The notes beneath the pieces were generated by a model. That model saw nothing but the letters and a program-made list of their open reading frames with translations. It made no database searches and was not told the origin of the DNA. Positions 63,457 through 64,000 of a stretch of 64,000 nucleotides of DNA are shown one piece after another. This stretch comes from Candidatus Nomurabacteria bacterium (GTDB lineage: Bacteria; Patescibacteriota; Minisyncoccia; Phycocordibacterales; SBAW01): contig JADZGF010000005.1 of assembly GCA_020854065.1 (NCBI GenBank), positions 8,925 to 72,924 of the forward strand, in the 5' to 3' direction. The stretch's first letter is position 1. Each line of letters starts with the position of its first letter. A program made the position numbers and the translations under genes.

Positions 63457-64000
63457 GTGGACTCAGACGTACAGAAAGTAAAGGACCGTCTTAACATCAC
63501 CGATGTAATCGGGCAGTACGTGCAATTGCGTCGTGCAGGACGCACGTATATTGGCCGTTGTCCGTTCCATAAAGAGCGGACACCATCTTTCCACGTGTCT
63601 CCTGAGCGAGGCACGTTTAAGTGTTTTGGTTGCGGGGAAGGTGGTGATGTCTTTACCTTCATAGAAAAGATCGATGGTGTCGATTTTAAAACTGCCCTTA
63701 AACAGTTGGCCGAAAAGGCAGGCGTCACACTTGATCAAAGCAGCTATGCACCGAAAGACCCGGGCGTTAAAGAATATGAGGAGCGGTTGCGCGAGGTGTG
63801 CGAATCTGCCACACAGTTTTTTGAACTTGAATTACGCCGCCGCAAAGACGTGAGCGACTATCTCCATACTCGCGGACTTCTTGAGGCAACCGCAACGCAC
63901 TGGCGATTGGGGTATGCGCCGGCGAGCTGGGATACACTCTCGCTCCATCTACAAAAGCTTGGCTACTCTGCGGAAGAAATAGTTGATGCGGGCTTTGCGG
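63457..64000 (+). CDS. dnaG: DNA primase, 5' part (runs off the window)
   Basis: GTG start; CPFHKERTPSF...KCFGCGEGGDVF CHC2 zinc finger; YL..RG, LGYAP. Confidence 0.93.
   Translation, partial: MDSDVQKVKDRLNITDVIGQYVQLRRAGRTYIGRCPFHKERTPSFHVSPERGTFKCFGCGEGGDVFTFIEKIDGVDFKTALKQLAEKAGVTLDQSSYAPKDPGVKEYEERLREVCESATQFFELELRRRKDVSDYLHTRGLLEATATHWRLGYAPASWDTLSLHLQKLGYSAEEIVDAGFA

Overview
Bacterial chromosomal window that looks like Patescibacteria/CPR (Parcubacteria-like). This is inferred from the split transketolase, short EF-Ts, N-terminally shortened RF1, compact hinge-less SMC, type IV pilin, sortase and leaderless genes. 1-10.8 kb is an accessory island: tandem RCC1 beta-propeller genes, a phage-fibre-like small protein, two TPR-glycosyltransferases (one fused to a sulfotransferase), other glycosyltransferases, three SAM methyltransferases and a DUF6165-like protein. 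10.9-24.6 kb has large modular secreted proteins, two of which share near-identical Cys-rich repeats, interleaved with gap/rpiB/rpe/tkt/pfkB/fba. The rest is mostly housekeeping: rplY, rpmE, prfA, rpsB, tsf, tRNA-Thr, an organellar-type single-chain PheRS, gyrB, sortase plus a VPYTG substrate, an editing-less ThrRS, dnaE, rnhB, rpmF, nusB-NUDIX, rnc, smc, rnr, rpsP, khpA, trmD, fused rpoBC and the 5' part of dnaG. Most conserved genes have a -10 box 6-8 nt before the start codon and no Shine-Dalgarno (SD). About ten small orphan ORFs between them carry strong SD sites, and several have their own promoter and terminator. No integrase, transposase, reverse transcriptase or CRISPR array was seen. 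All assignments are from motif recognition by eye, with no database searches.
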